Origin: Chthoniobacteraceae bacterium
GTDB lineage: Bacteria; Verrucomicrobiota; Verrucomicrobiia; Chthoniobacterales; Chthoniobacteraceae
Reading direction: 5' to 3'
DNA length: 13,861 nucleotides
NCBI GenBank assembly: GCA_040081625.1
Contig: JBEBGD010000130.1
Coordinates: 1-13,861 of the forward strand
Within the stretch, counting starts at the first letter, position 1, and each line of letters begins with the position of its first letter. Below the pieces are notes generated by a model. That model was not told the DNA's origin. It saw only the letters and a list, made by a program, of their open reading frames with translations, and ran no database searches. Shown one piece after another: positions 4,673 to 13,861 of the stretch. The translations under genes were made by a program, and so were the position numbers.

Positions 4673-7600
4673 CTAGAGCCGGGCGAAGATCAACTTGCTG
4701 CCGACGATGTTGAGCGGGTTGCCCGCTGCGGCCGGCAGGGTCGAGTATCTCGCACCGATCGGCTGCAGGGTCGTCGCGCTGATCCCGCTCAGCAGCGGGA
4801 GGCTCACGGATTGGTCGTAGGCGTAGATGAGGAACCGGGTGGCGGCATGGAGAGGATTCGTGCCGGCGTCGTTGCGCAGGTTCGCTCCACTGGTCCCGTA
4901 GTCGGCCACGAGGATGATCTGCCCGGTGGTGCTCGTGATGTCGTCCTCGATCACGAGCGTCGATGGCGCGCCGCGAACGATGATGACGTCGTCCATCGCG
5001 GTAATCTCGCCGAGCCGGGAAACGCGGAGGTTGCCGGTCGAGAAGTTCACGGTGCCGACGGAGGCGGTGGCGATGAGCGTCCATGTCTCGAACGCGCCGG
5101 TCTGGATGATGTCGCCGCCAAATGAGGTCAGCGTCGTAAGCCCTGCGCTGCCGCCAGTCACGCGGCTGACTTTGCCGCCGGCGATCAGCAGGTCGCCGTC
5201 CACTTCGATCGTCGCTTCGCGCCCGCTGACGACGAGGCTGCCGAAGCTGTTGCCGGCCCCGGTGACGGAAACGCTGTCCGTGGCCAGCGTCGAAGTCGAT
5301 TTGAGCGTGGCGCGGCCAGTCACCGACCAGGCGCCGGTGTTCGCGACGTTGAGCGCGCTCGCCGTGAGCGTGGTGCCGGCGGTCACATCGTCGAGTTCGA
5401 CGAGTGTGGTTCCGGTGTAGCTCTGCGCGCCCGTGGTCGTCACGGGCGAATTGACCTGGATGGTCACGCCGCGAACGGTCAGCGCGCTGCTCGTCACGGC
5501 GCCGTCGAGCGTCACATCGCCGCTGGTCGTGGTGGCGGTCATGCCGGCGATCAGGTCCACCGATTCGTCCACGGTGATGTCGCCACTGGTCGAAGTGATC
5601 GTCAGGCCCTTGAGCGGGCTGACGGAACCGACCGCGTCGTGGAGCCCGATGTTGCCGGAGACGCTCTTGACCGTGAGTGAGTAGAGACTGGTCGGGGAAT
5701 CGACCGTGCTGTTGATCTCGACGTTGCCGATCCCCTTGGCCACGAGGGTGGTGGAGATCCCCACGCTGAGCGGGTCATTGATCTCGATGCCCAGCGGATC
5801 CCATGTCGTCACGCCGTTGTTGGTGAGCGCGTATTTGCTGCTCTTAAAGACGGTGACGCCGGGTGCATCGGTGTAGAAGCTGTTTGCATCGACGCGGCGC
5901 AGCGTGGTCGTGCCGCCATTGTTGATGAGCACGCGATCGGGCCGCTGGGTCGCGCTGCCATTGCCGATGACGCTGCTGAAGCTCACGTTTCCGGAGGTGG
6001 CGTTGATCGTCAGGTCTTTCGAGCTGGGGCTCAGCACGGCGCCGCCGACGGCGATGTTCCCGGTGTTGCTGTTGAGGACGAGGTCGCCGCCGAGGACCAG
6101 CGAACTGCTGAACAACATCGCGCCGGAGTTAGTCGTGACCGTGAGGTCGTCGCCAAGGGTTGTCTTCGCGAAGAAGGTGATCGCGCCGCTGGTCGAACTG
6201 ACCGTGATCGGAGCCGTCACGTTGATCGCATGGCTCGCGTTGGAGGTGTTGATCGTGAGCGCGCCGGCGGCCGTGTCCACGTTGGCGCCGAGATCGACCG
6301 TGACGCCGACCAAGGTCAGCGACGCCGTGCCGATCGCGTGCAGCGGCGCGTTCACGTCGATCAACGGCGTGGTGCCGCTGGTCGCCACGCGCAGGACGGT
6401 TGACGACTTGAAGGTCACTTCATCGACGACCGCGAGTGTTCCCTTCGCGAATTCGCGCCCAATCAAGACCTTCGTGATGCCGCTGCCGATCGCGTCGATG
6501 TCGTCGCTGTTCAATTCCATCGCGGCGGAGCCCGGGGTTTCCACGTCCACGCCGAGGTTCACGGTCTGTGTGTCGCTCGCCGGGTAGATCGTCAGCGTCG
6601 AGCCGTTGACCGAATCGGCGCCGCCATTGAAGTCGATCTCGCCCGCCATGAGCGTGATCGCATTGCCGGCCTGGAAGAGACCATCGACGGTGATCAACGT
6701 CGGCGTCGCCTTGTAGTCGAGGACGACGATCGTGCTCAGCGGCAGGGAGCCGCCGACATTGCCCGCAAAGTGAATCGTGCCGGGCGTCGAGAGCGAGAGC
6801 GCGCCGCCGCCGTTCGCCGCCGAATTGTCCACGGTGCCATTGAAGGCGATGTTCGACGCGGTCACGCGCAGATTCGCCACCAGGCTCAGCGTGCCGTTCA
6901 CGGTCACGTCTCCATTTTTCAACGTGTCCCACGAACTGCCGTAGGCGGTGATGACTCCCGCCGCGTTATAGACCTGCGGGCCGTTCGTATAGGTATGCGG
7001 CTGGGTGCTGATGTCGTTTGCGCTGACTGTGAAGGAAGTCGGCCGCACCGATCCACCGATGCTCACGCCGGCTCCCGCCAGCCCGCCGAAGTGCACCGTT
7101 CCGCCGGTCGCGTCGTTGAGCGCATCGACTTCAAACGCATGCGCCCCGTTGATCGTCGCGTTGATCGTGATGTCGCCGCCGATACTGTCGAGGCGGTTCG
7201 AGTTGATCTTGCTGGCGGTGAGCAGGACGATGTTCGTATTCAGGATCGTGATCGGACCCGCCTCGGTCGCGATCACGTCGTCGCCCGCGCTGTTCACGTT
7301 CAGGTTCAGCGTCCTTGCCTTGATGTTGATCCCCGAGCCGATGTCGGTGGTGGCGAGCTTGCCGTTGATATTCATCGTCCCGTTCGGCGTGAGCACCGTC
7401 AGCGTGTCGTGGAAATCCGCGCCGCCGACATTGATCGTGCCGCTGCCATTGGTGCGGCCGATGGTGATCAGGTTGAAGCCGGCCTGCAGGTAGTTGATCT
7501 CGGTCGAGTCGAGGTTCAGGTCGCCGGTGCCGTTGATGCCGATCGAACGGCTGGTCAGGATCGGCCGGATCGTAATGTCGCCGCTTCCGCCCACCACGCC

Positions 7601-10600
7601 GCCCATCGCAAGCGTGTTCACTTCCCACAACACATCGCCCGCTCCGGCAGTCACGGCATTCACCACCATCGTCGGCGCGACGATGCTCATACTGTCATTA
7701 CCGCTCGTCGCCGTGGTCGTGACGGCGCCCGTAAAGGTGACCGTGTCGAGTGCGCTGGTCACCGTGATGCTCCGCGCCGCGAGGGTCGAGAAGGCGGTGA
7801 CGTTTCGCGCGATCGGAATCTCGATGTCTCCGAGCGGTCCGTTCGCTCCGACGGCGTCCAGGAAGTTGATATTGCCCAGCGGCGTGCTCAGCCGCACGCT
7901 GTAGTTGTCCGTGCTGTCGAGCGCCGTGTCGAAGAGGATGCTCCCCGTGCCGCCCGCCGCGACCGTCGCCGTGTTGTCGATGATCTGCGTCGTGCCGACG
8001 CCGTTCGCGTTGAACTCGATGTTTCCGATCGTCGTCCCGGTGTTCGTGTTCGCGATGTAACCCGCGATTGCGATCACCGTGTCCGGCGTGAGCGTGCTCA
8101 CATTCATCGTGATGTTCCTCACGGCCTGCACCTGGATCACGCGCGTGATCAAGTCGCCCTCGGCATCGATGCGGATCGCCTGATCCGTCTCGGTGATCCC
8201 CACTTCCGGCGTGAGCAGCGCGCCCGTCATCGTGAGGTCGCGCCCCGCGCTGACGAATCCGTCCTCCTTCACATAGATGCCGCCCTCGCCGTCGCCGTCG
8301 TTGTCGGCGAGGATCGTCAGGTTGCTCGTCGAGCCAGTCGCCGAGACTGTAGCCTCGATGATGATGTTTTTTTCCGTCGTGAGGGTGAACGACGTGGCGA
8401 AGACCAGCGGCGCCGCGATCCGCAGATTGCCCGCGCCGCCGGTGAGGATGATATCGCCCGCGCCGAGCACCGGCGACGCCTGAAGATCGACCGCACCGTG
8501 GAACTCCAACACCCCGGGGCTGCCGGTGCCGCTGTTGACGACTCCCTGCACCGTGAGCGTGCCGGTCGTCGTGATGTTGATGTCGCCCGCCGCTGTGCCG
8601 CCGCTGGCGATCGTGCCGGTGATGGTCGTGTCAACCGCCCCGGCTCCGAAGCTGTTGTCGATCGTCACCGCGCCGCCTGCGTTCGTGACTGCGCCGAGCG
8701 TGAAGGGCGTGGTGATCGCGTTGTTGAGTTCGATGTCGGTGCCGGCCGCCGTGTTCGTCGCAGCAAACGCGCCGATCACATTGCTCTCGCTGGTCAGCGT
8801 CTGCGCGCCGAAGGACACCGTCGTGAGGCTGTCGGTGGTGATCGCCGCCAGGCTGTCCTGCGTGATCGCGCCGTGCAGCGTGAAGCTGACGCTATCGCCC
8901 ACGACGGTCTCGCCGAGCAGGTCCAGGCTGTCGGTGCCCGTCGTGCCGGCATTGATCGTGAAATTGGAATTGCCGTGCAGGCCACTCGCGCTGTTGACGG
9001 TGATGGCGTCGTTGCTGCCCGCCGCCGACACGAGGATCGTGGCCGTCGTGTTATTATAGAAGGCGACGTTCTGGATCGTCGTGCCGCCGTTCGTCGTGCC
9101 CGAGGCGATCAACGCCCGCTGCGCGCCGTTGAAATACGCGAACCCAGACACGATCCCGATCGTATTGCCCGCGCTCGTGAGGTCGAGCGTCGCCGAGACC
9201 ATCCCGGTGATGTCGTCCGAGTCCACGCTCGTCGTCGTGATGGTGCGGGTGCCTCCACCGATATCGACGGTGATCGAGCTGTCCCCGGTCGTCGAAGCGC
9301 TCGGTGCGACAGTCGCGGTATCGTCCGTCGCGTCGCCGATGACCCGCAGCAGATCGGTCGTTCCGGTTCCGCCATCGTAGATCAAGCCGCCCGACGGGAT
9401 AAAATTGCCGAAGCTCAGATCGACGGTCAGCCTGTCATTGCCGCCGAAAGTCAGTGCCTGAATATTGCCGGTGATCGACGCGAGCGGCACATCGACGATG
9501 TAGAGGCTCACCTGCGTGGTGCCGGGTCCCGCGAGCAGCAGATTCGTCGGATCGCTCACCCGCACATTGGTGCCGTTCAAGGTGAACGTCAGCGCGTCGT
9601 TCGTCGTCGCGCCGTTGATGTCGGTGACGATGAGATCGCCGGCGGAGAGAGTCACCGACGTCGTCGGCGCATTCAGCACCACGTCGTTGCTGTTTGTCCC
9701 GCCCACGTAGCTGAGGATGAAAGCGACGCTGTTGATCGTCACGGTCGCGCCTTCCGCAAGGCCCGCAAAGGTGCCGATCACCGCATCACCGCCGTCGTTG
9801 TCGATCAGGACAATCTCCGTGTTCGCGGAGGTGACCGTTCCCGTCGTCACGAGCGTCGCGCCGCCGAGGTCCACGGTTCCCGTGACGCTGAGCTGATCGT
9901 AATCCGTCCCCGGCGTGAGGCTGCCATTTACCGCGACGCTGAAGCTCGCGCCGGCGGCAAAGGTCACATCGCCCACGTAGAGAATCTCGGTCCCCGCGCC
10001 CGGGGCGACCGAGCCGCCGCTCTGCACCGTCGCCGCCCCGGTGGTCCCGGATCCGCCAAGCGTCGCTCCGCTCGAGACGGTGATGAGCGTCGAGGTGATC
10101 GTCTCGCTGGCCGCGACGTCGAACTGCCCGCTCACCAGCGTGATCAAGCCCGCGCCAGCCGACGACGTATTCCATTCGACCGCATCGGCCTCGCTCAAAT
10201 ACTGGTTGCCGCCGCTGCTCGTGTTCGTGTTCAGGTTCGTCGCCGCGAGCACGATCGGCGCGCCGCTTGCACCGAGGGCGCCGGTCGGCGCGCTGAGCGT
10301 CACGTCGTCGCCGGAGATCGTGCCGCTGGTGCGCGTGATCCCGCCGCTGGTCACCAGCAGCGAGACATTGCCCGTGGTGGTGACGTTGCCGTTGAGCGCG
10401 ATGTCGCTCGAGTTGGTCAGCAGGATCGTGCCGCTCGTCGAAGTGAGCGCACCCGTCGTGAGCGAACCCGTGTTCGTCACGATGATCGCGCCCGAGACCG
10501 CCGCGTTGAAGCCGATGACTGCCGTTTCGATCGCCGAGAGCGCGCCGACATTCGTGCCGGCCGTGATCGACAATGTCGTCGCCGTGATGTCCGCGCCTCC

Positions 10601-13600
10601 ATCGGCGACACTCTCTTCGATCGAGCCCGCGGAGCTGAGCGTGATCGTGTCGCCCGCCGCCGTGAGGTTGTCGAAGGACAGGTTGCCGCTCGTCGTCGTC
10701 GTGGCCGCGATGTTCCGGCCCGTGCCGCCGGCGATGATCGTGGCGAGCGCGAGATTGCCGCTGATCGCCTCGAGCGTGATCGCGCCGTCGCCCGTCGTGG
10801 CCGTCGTCACGCTCAAGCCGCCCGCGGCGTCGCTCAAATTGATCGCTCCCGCGCCACTCACCGTCGCGCTGGTCAGGGTCGTCAGGTCGATCTCGATCGT
10901 CGCGAGATTTCCGATTCCGCTCGCCGCAGTCAAAGTCGCCGTCGCCGCCGTGAGGTCCGTGCCCGCATCCGCGCCGCTTTCATTGATCGCGCCGACCGCC
11001 GTCAGCGTGATGTCGTCCCCGGCCGCGCTCAGGTTATCGACCAGGATGTTGCCGGAGCCCGACGTGATCGCCACGAGATTGCGGCCCGTTCCGCCCGCGG
11101 TGATCGTGCCGAGCGTGAGGTTGCCGTTGTTCGCGGTAAGGGCGATCGCCCCGTCATTCGTGCTCGCCGCAGTCACGACCAGGCCGCCGCCCAGGTCGGT
11201 CAGGTTGATCGCCCCCGTGCCGCTCACCGTCGCGCTGGTCAAGGTCGTGAAGTTGATCTCGATCAAGGCGCTCGCGCCGATCCCATCGACCGCGCTCAAG
11301 CTCCCGTTCGTTGCAGTGAACTCCGCACCCGCGTCGCCCGCGCCCGCCTCGCTGATCGCTCCGGCCGACGTGATCGTGATCGTGTCTCCAGTCGCCGTCA
11401 CCACGTCCACGATGAGGTTGCCGCTGGTCGTCGTCGAAGCGGTAATGTTGCGCCCGGTGCCGCCCGCGGTGATCGTCGTCAGCACGAGGTCGCCGCCGAT
11501 CGCTCCCAAGGTGATTGCACCGTTGGTCGTCGTCGCGCTCGTCACGCTCAGGCCACCCGCGACGTCGCTCAGGTCGATCGACGCGTTTGCGCCGGTCGTC
11601 GTCGCGCTCGTGAGTGTCGTGAAATCGATCTCGACCGTGCCGCTCGCGCCGATCCCGGTCGCCGCGCTCAAGCTCGCGCTCCCCGCCGTGATATCCGCGC
11701 CAGCGTCTGCGCCGGACTCCTCGATCGAGCCCGCCGAGGTGATCGTCATCACATCGTCCGCGGCCGTCACGTTTCCGACCAGCACGTTGCCGCTCGTCGT
11801 CGTCGTCACCGTGATATTCCTCCCGGCTCCGCCAGCCGTCGCGCTCGTGAGGGTCAGATCCCCCGCGATCGTATTCAGCGTGATCGCCGCGTCGCTCGTG
11901 CTCGCATTCGTCACACTGAGGCCGCCCGCGAGATCCGAGAGATCGATGCTCGCCCCGGCACCCGTCGTCGTCGCGCTCGTCAGCGTCGTCAGGTCGATCT
12001 CGATCGTCCCGCTCGCGCCGATCCCCGTCGCCCCGCTCAAGCTCGCAGTCGCCGAAGTGATGTCCGCTCCCGCGTCCGCCCCGCTCTCGCTGATCGCGCC
12101 CGCTGCGGTCAGCGTCACGTCGTCGCCGCTCGCGGTCACGTTATCGATCAAGATACTTCCGCTCGTCGTCGTCGTGCCGGTGACGTTCCGGCCCGTGCCG
12201 CCCGCCGTCACCGTCGTGAGCGAAAGATCGCCGCCGACCGTCGCGAGCGTGATCGCGCCGTCGGTCGTGGTCGCACTCGTCACGTTCAAGCCGCCGCTCA
12301 AGTCGCTAAGATTGATTGCCGCATTGCTGCCCGTCGTCGTCGCGCTCGTCAGCGTCGTCAGGTCGATCTCGATCGCCCCGCTCGCGCCGATCCCAGTCGC
12401 CGCGCTCAAGCTCGCCGATGTTGCCGTGAGGTCTGCTCCCCCATCCCCGCCGCTTTCCTCGATCGATCCCGCCGAAGTCAGCGTGATCACGTCGCCAGCG
12501 GCGCTCACGTTATCGATCAAAATGTTCCCGCTCGTCGTCGTCGCCGCCGTGATGTTCCGGCCGCTCCCGCCGGCCGTCACCGTCGTGAGCACCAAGTCGC
12601 CCCCGATCGCGGTCAGCGTGATCAACCCGTCGGTCGTCGTCGCATTCGTCACGCCCAAGCCGCCGCTCAGGTCGCTCAGGTCGATCGTCCCGTTCGCGCT
12701 CGTCGTCGTCGCGCTAGTCAGCGTGGTCAGATCCAGTTCGATCGTCCCGCCGGAACCGATGCCCGTGCTCGCGCTCAAGCTCGCGCTCGCTGCCGTGATG
12801 TCTGCGCCGGCGTCCGCACCGCTCTCGTTGATCGCACCGGCGGATGTGATCGTCACCACGTCGCCCGCGGCCGTCACATTATCCACCAGCACGTTGCCGC
12901 TGGTCGTCGTCGTAAGCGCGATGTTGCGTCCCGTGCCCCCGGCTGTCGCCGTGGTCACAGTCAGGTTGCCGGCGATCGCCGCCAGTGCGATTGCGCCGTC
13001 TGTCGCCGTAGCGCTCGTCACGCTCAACCCGCCCGAGAGATCGATCAGGTCGATCGACGCATTCGCGCCCGTCGTCGCCGCACTGGTCAGCGTCGTCAAA
13101 TCGATCTCGATCGTCGCGCTCGCGCCGATCCCTGTCGCCCCGCTCAAGCTTGCGCTCGCCGCCGTGATGTCCGCCCCCGCATCCGCACCGGACTCTTCGA
13201 TCGAGCCCGCCGAGGTCAGCGTGATCACGTCGCCAGCGGCCGTCACGTTATCGACCTGGATATCGCCGCTCGTCGTCGTGGTCACCGTGATGTTCCGGCT
13301 CGTCCCGCCAGCCGTCACGGTCGTGAGCACCAGAGTTCCACCCGTCGCATTCAACGTAATCGCCGCATCGCTCGTCGTCGCGCTGGTCACACTCAAGCCG
13401 CCCGCCACGTCCGAAAGATTGATGCTCGCCGCGGCCCCGGTCGTCGTCGCGCTCGTCAAGGTCGTCAGGTCGATCTCGATCGTCCCGCTCGCGCCGATCC
13501 CTGTCGCCCCGCTCAAGCTCGCGCTCGCCGCCGTGATGTCCGCTCCCCCATCCGCTCCGCTTTCTTCGATCGAACCCGCAGCGGTCAGCGTGATCACGTC

Positions 13601-13861
13601 GCTGGCGGCGCTCACGTTATCGATCGAGATGTTCCCGCTCGTCGTCGTCGTCGCCGTCAGGTTCCGGCCAGTCCCCCCGGCAGTCACGCTCGTGAGCACC
13701 AGGTTTCCGCCAGTCGCGTTCAACGTGATCGCACCGTCCGTCGTCGTCGCACTCGTCACGCTCAATCCGCCCGCAAGGTCCGAAAGATCGATGCTCGCCG
13801 CTGCGCCAGTCGTCGTCGCGCTCGTCAAGGTCGTCAGGTCGATCTCGATCGTCCCGCTCGC
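4673..13861 (-). CDS. Giant repetitive surface protein/adhesin (filamentous haemagglutinin-like beta-helical repeats), 5'-truncated by the window edge
   Basis: The frame is open for more than 3060 codons and is rich in Thr/Gly/Ala/Ser with no Cys seen. It stays open past the ORF-track TTG at 13828 to the window end (ASGTIEIDLTTLTSA...), so the true start lies outside. Stop is at 4673-4675. Confidence 0.93.
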   Translation of the reverse strand, partial: ASGTIEIDLTTLTSATTTGAAASIDLSDLAGGLSVTSATTTDGAITLNATGGNLVLTSVTAGGTGRNLTATTTTSGNISIDNVSAASDVITLTAAGSIEESGADGGADITAASASLSGATGIGASGTIEIDLTTLTSATTTGAAASINLSDVAGGLSVTSATTSDAAITLNATGGTLVLTTVTAGGTSRNITVTTTTSGDIQVDNVTAAGDVITLTSAGSIEESGADAGADITAASASLSGATGIGASATIEIDLTTLTSAATTGANASIDLIDLSGGLSVTSATATDGAIALAAIAGNLTVTTATAGGTGRNIALTTTTSGNVLVDNVTAAGDVVTITSAGAINESGADAGADITAASASLSASTGIGSGGTIELDLTTLTSATTTSANGTIDLSDLSGGLGVTNATTTDGLITLTAIGGDLVLTTVTAGGSGRNITAATTTSGNILIDNVSAAGDVITLTSAGSIEESGGDGGADLTATSASLSAATGIGASGAIEIDLTTLTSATTTGSNAAINLSDLSGGLNVTSATTTDGAITLATVGGDLSLTTVTAGGTGRNVTGTTTTSGSILIDNVTASGDDVTLTAAGAISESGADAGADITSATASLSGATGIGASGTIEIDLTTLTSATTTGAGASIDLSDLAGGLSVTNASTSDAAITLNTIAGDLTLTSATAGGAGRNITVTTTTSGNVLVGNVTAADDVMTITSAGSIEESGADAGADITAGSASLSAATGIGASGTVEIDFTTLTSATTTGANASIDLSDVAGGLSVTSATTTNGAITLGAIGGDLVLTTITAGGTGRNITASTTTSGNLIVDVVTATGDTITITSAGAISEAGAGDAGAEFTATNGSLSAVDGIGASALIEINFTTLTSATVSGTGAINLTDLGGGLVVTAASTNDGAIALTANNGNLTLGTITAGGTGRNLVAITSGSGNILVDNLSAAGDDITLTAVGAINESGADAGTDLTAATATLTAASGIGNLATIEIDLTTLTSATVSGAGAINLSDAAGGLSVTTATTGDGAITLEAISGNLALATIIAGGTGRNIAATTTTSGNLSFDNLTAAGDTITLSSAGSIEESVADGGADITATTLSITAGTNVGALSAIETAVIGFNAAVSGAIIVTNTGSLTTGALTSTSGTILLTNSSDIALNGNVTTTGNVSLLVTSGGITRTSGTISGDDVTLSAPTGALGASGAPIVLAATNLNTNTSSGGNQYLSEADAVEWNTSSAGAGLITLVSGQFDVAASETITSTLITVSSGATLGGSGTTGAATVQSGGSVAPGAGTEILYVGDVTFAAGASFSVAVNGSLTPGTDYDQLSVTGTVDLGGATLVTTGTVTSANTEIVLIDNDGGDAVIGTFAGLAEGATVTINSVAFILSYVGGTNSNDVVLNAPTTSVTLSAGDLIVTDINGATTNDALTFTLNGTNVRVSDPTNLLLAGPGTTQVSLYIVDVPLASITGNIQALTFGGNDRLTVDLSFGNFIPSGGLIYDGGTGTTDLLRVIGDATDDTATVAPSASTTGDSSITVDIGGGTRTITTTSVDSDDITGMVSATLDLTSAGNTIGIVSGFAYFNGAQRALIASGTTNGGTTIQNVAFYNNTTATILVSAAGSNDAITVNSASGLHGNSNFTINAGTTGTDSLDLLGETVVGDSVSFTLHGAITQDSLAAITTDSLTTVSFGAQTLTSESNVIGAFAATNTAAGTDIELNNAITTPFTLGAVTNAGGAVTIDNSFGAGAVDTTITGTIASGGTAAGDINITTTGTLTVQGVVNSGTGSPGVLEFHGAVDLQASPVLGAGDIILTGGAGNLRIAAPLVFATSFTLTTEKNIIIEATVSATGSTSNLTILADNDGDGEGGIYVKEDGFVSAGRDLTMTGALLTPEVGITETDQAIRIDAEGDLITRVIQVQAVRNITMNVSTLTPDTVIAIAGYIANTNTGTTIGNIEFNANGVGTTQIIDNTATVAAGGTGSILFDTALDSTDNYSVRLSTPLGNINFLDAVGANGPLGDIEIPIARNVTAFSTLAARSITVTSALDTVTFTGAVTTTATSGNDSMSIVAPTMVVNAVTAGAGDVLWEVNTLAMGGVVGGSGDITIRPILTSRSIGINGTGDLNLDSTEINYLQAGFNLITIGRTNGSGTINVGGADFHDTLTVLTPNGTMNINGKLATTDIGSGINIKARTLNLNVNSAGDDVIATEAGPITILNTNIVLLTASKINSNRLDSIGGDITINATINGAHAFEVDALNDATGGTVHFGGLAGAGVSIGGSVRPTSFTVSANDISTQPHTYTNGPQVYNAAGVITAYGSSWDTLKNGDVTVNGTLSLVANLRVTASNIAFNGTVDNSAANGGGALSLSTPGTIHFAGNVGGSLPLSTIVVLDYKATPTLITVDGLFQAGNAITLMAGEIDFNGGADSVNGSTLTIYPASDTQTVNLGVDVETPGSAAMELNSDDIDAIGSGITKVLIGREFAKGTLAVVDEVTFKSSTVLRVATSGTTPLIDVNAPLHAIGTASLTLVGVTVDLGANVDTAAGALTINTSNASHAINVTAPITVSSTSGAITFFAKTTLGDDLTVTTNSGAMLFSSSLVLGGDLVLNSNTGNIAVGGAVLSPSSKDLTINATSGNVSFSSVIGNGSATQRPDRVLINNGGTTTLRRVDANSFYTDAPGVTVFKSSKYALTNNGVTTWDPLGIEINDPLSVGISTTLVAKGIGNVEINSTVDSPTSLYSLTVKSVSGNIGLHDAVGSVSPLKGLTITSTSGDITVDESVDLIAGMTATTTSGDVTLDGAVTSSALTVRGVTIQVNSPVTTTGAQSYTGTTLVELDDVTAGTTLTASALNVANTGAWSVTGRATLKSTSTLATDSVSVTGAGNSFGSLVVSGREATIEVDGDLLIAGGKVSRVTGGSAGLTTLTSFGGDIIQTGAFETWTLIATASVGTVNFSTGNLRVSRLGEITAMDDVIIVRGAPSTLVIEDDITSTTGQIILVADYGTSGANLRNDAGTNPLHAATRFLIYAYDQSVSLPLLSGISATTLQPIGARYSTLPAAAGNPLNIVGSKLIFARL
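9670..10080 (-). other. Autotransporter-passenger/pertactin-like beta domain embedded in the adhesin
   Basis: The segment GATLGGSG...GGSVAPG...GTDYDQLSVTGTVDLGGATL...LIDNDGGDAVIGTFAGLAEGA...LSYVGGTNSNDVVL matches a module I recognise from PVC extracellular proteins. Confidence 0.65.
10520..13861 (-). repeat. About nine intragenic tandem repeats of 123 aa (369 bp) in the adhesin
   Basis: The IE(I/L)D(L/F)TTLTSA-type anchor recurs at about 13838, 13469, 13100, 12731, 12362, 11993 and 11624 (369-bp period), then 11252 (372) and 10886 (366), decaying near 10520. Positions 13440-13492 are identical to 13809-13861. Confidence 0.92.

Noticed and set aside
2104..4713. Numerous alternative-frame and antisense ORFs over the DUF1549/DUF1553 gene (e.g. 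2743..3858, 2778..3740)
   Set aside because: These are typical high-GC shadow ORFs of a gene with clear family motifs.
4914..10175. Antisense and alternative-frame ORFs within the adhesin, and abundant GATC/CGATCG and (GTC)n runs
   Set aside because: These are explained by the adhesin's codon usage (ATC, GAC/GAT, and ACG runs for poly-Thr). There is no independent signal.
13826..13828. TTG at 13828 as the adhesin start
   Set aside because: It is an internal Leu within a repeat unit, and the frame remains open to the window edge.

Overview
This is a high-GC bacterial window, most likely from the PVC superphylum (Verrucomicrobia/Planctomycetes), judged from a DUF1549/DUF1553 protein and the style of the adhesin domains. 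The minus strand carries the 3' ~9.2 kb of a giant repetitive adhesin-like protein (4673..>13861, with about nine 123-aa tandem repeats) and a secreted Ig-like + DUF1549/DUF1553 protein (2097..4541). Convergent with these on the plus strand is a compact ~1.8-kb cassette: an XRE-family HTH gene, an uncharacterised alpha-helical protein with an N-terminal (LTWD)x3 extension, a ~315-bp array of strictly phased 21-bp units, and a small fibre/collagen-like protein. The array is A-rich, modular and partly palindromic, and it appears non-coding. The fibre gene's RBS and ATG lie inside the last array unit. The array and its cassette are the most unusual part of the window, and I do not recognise them as a described system.
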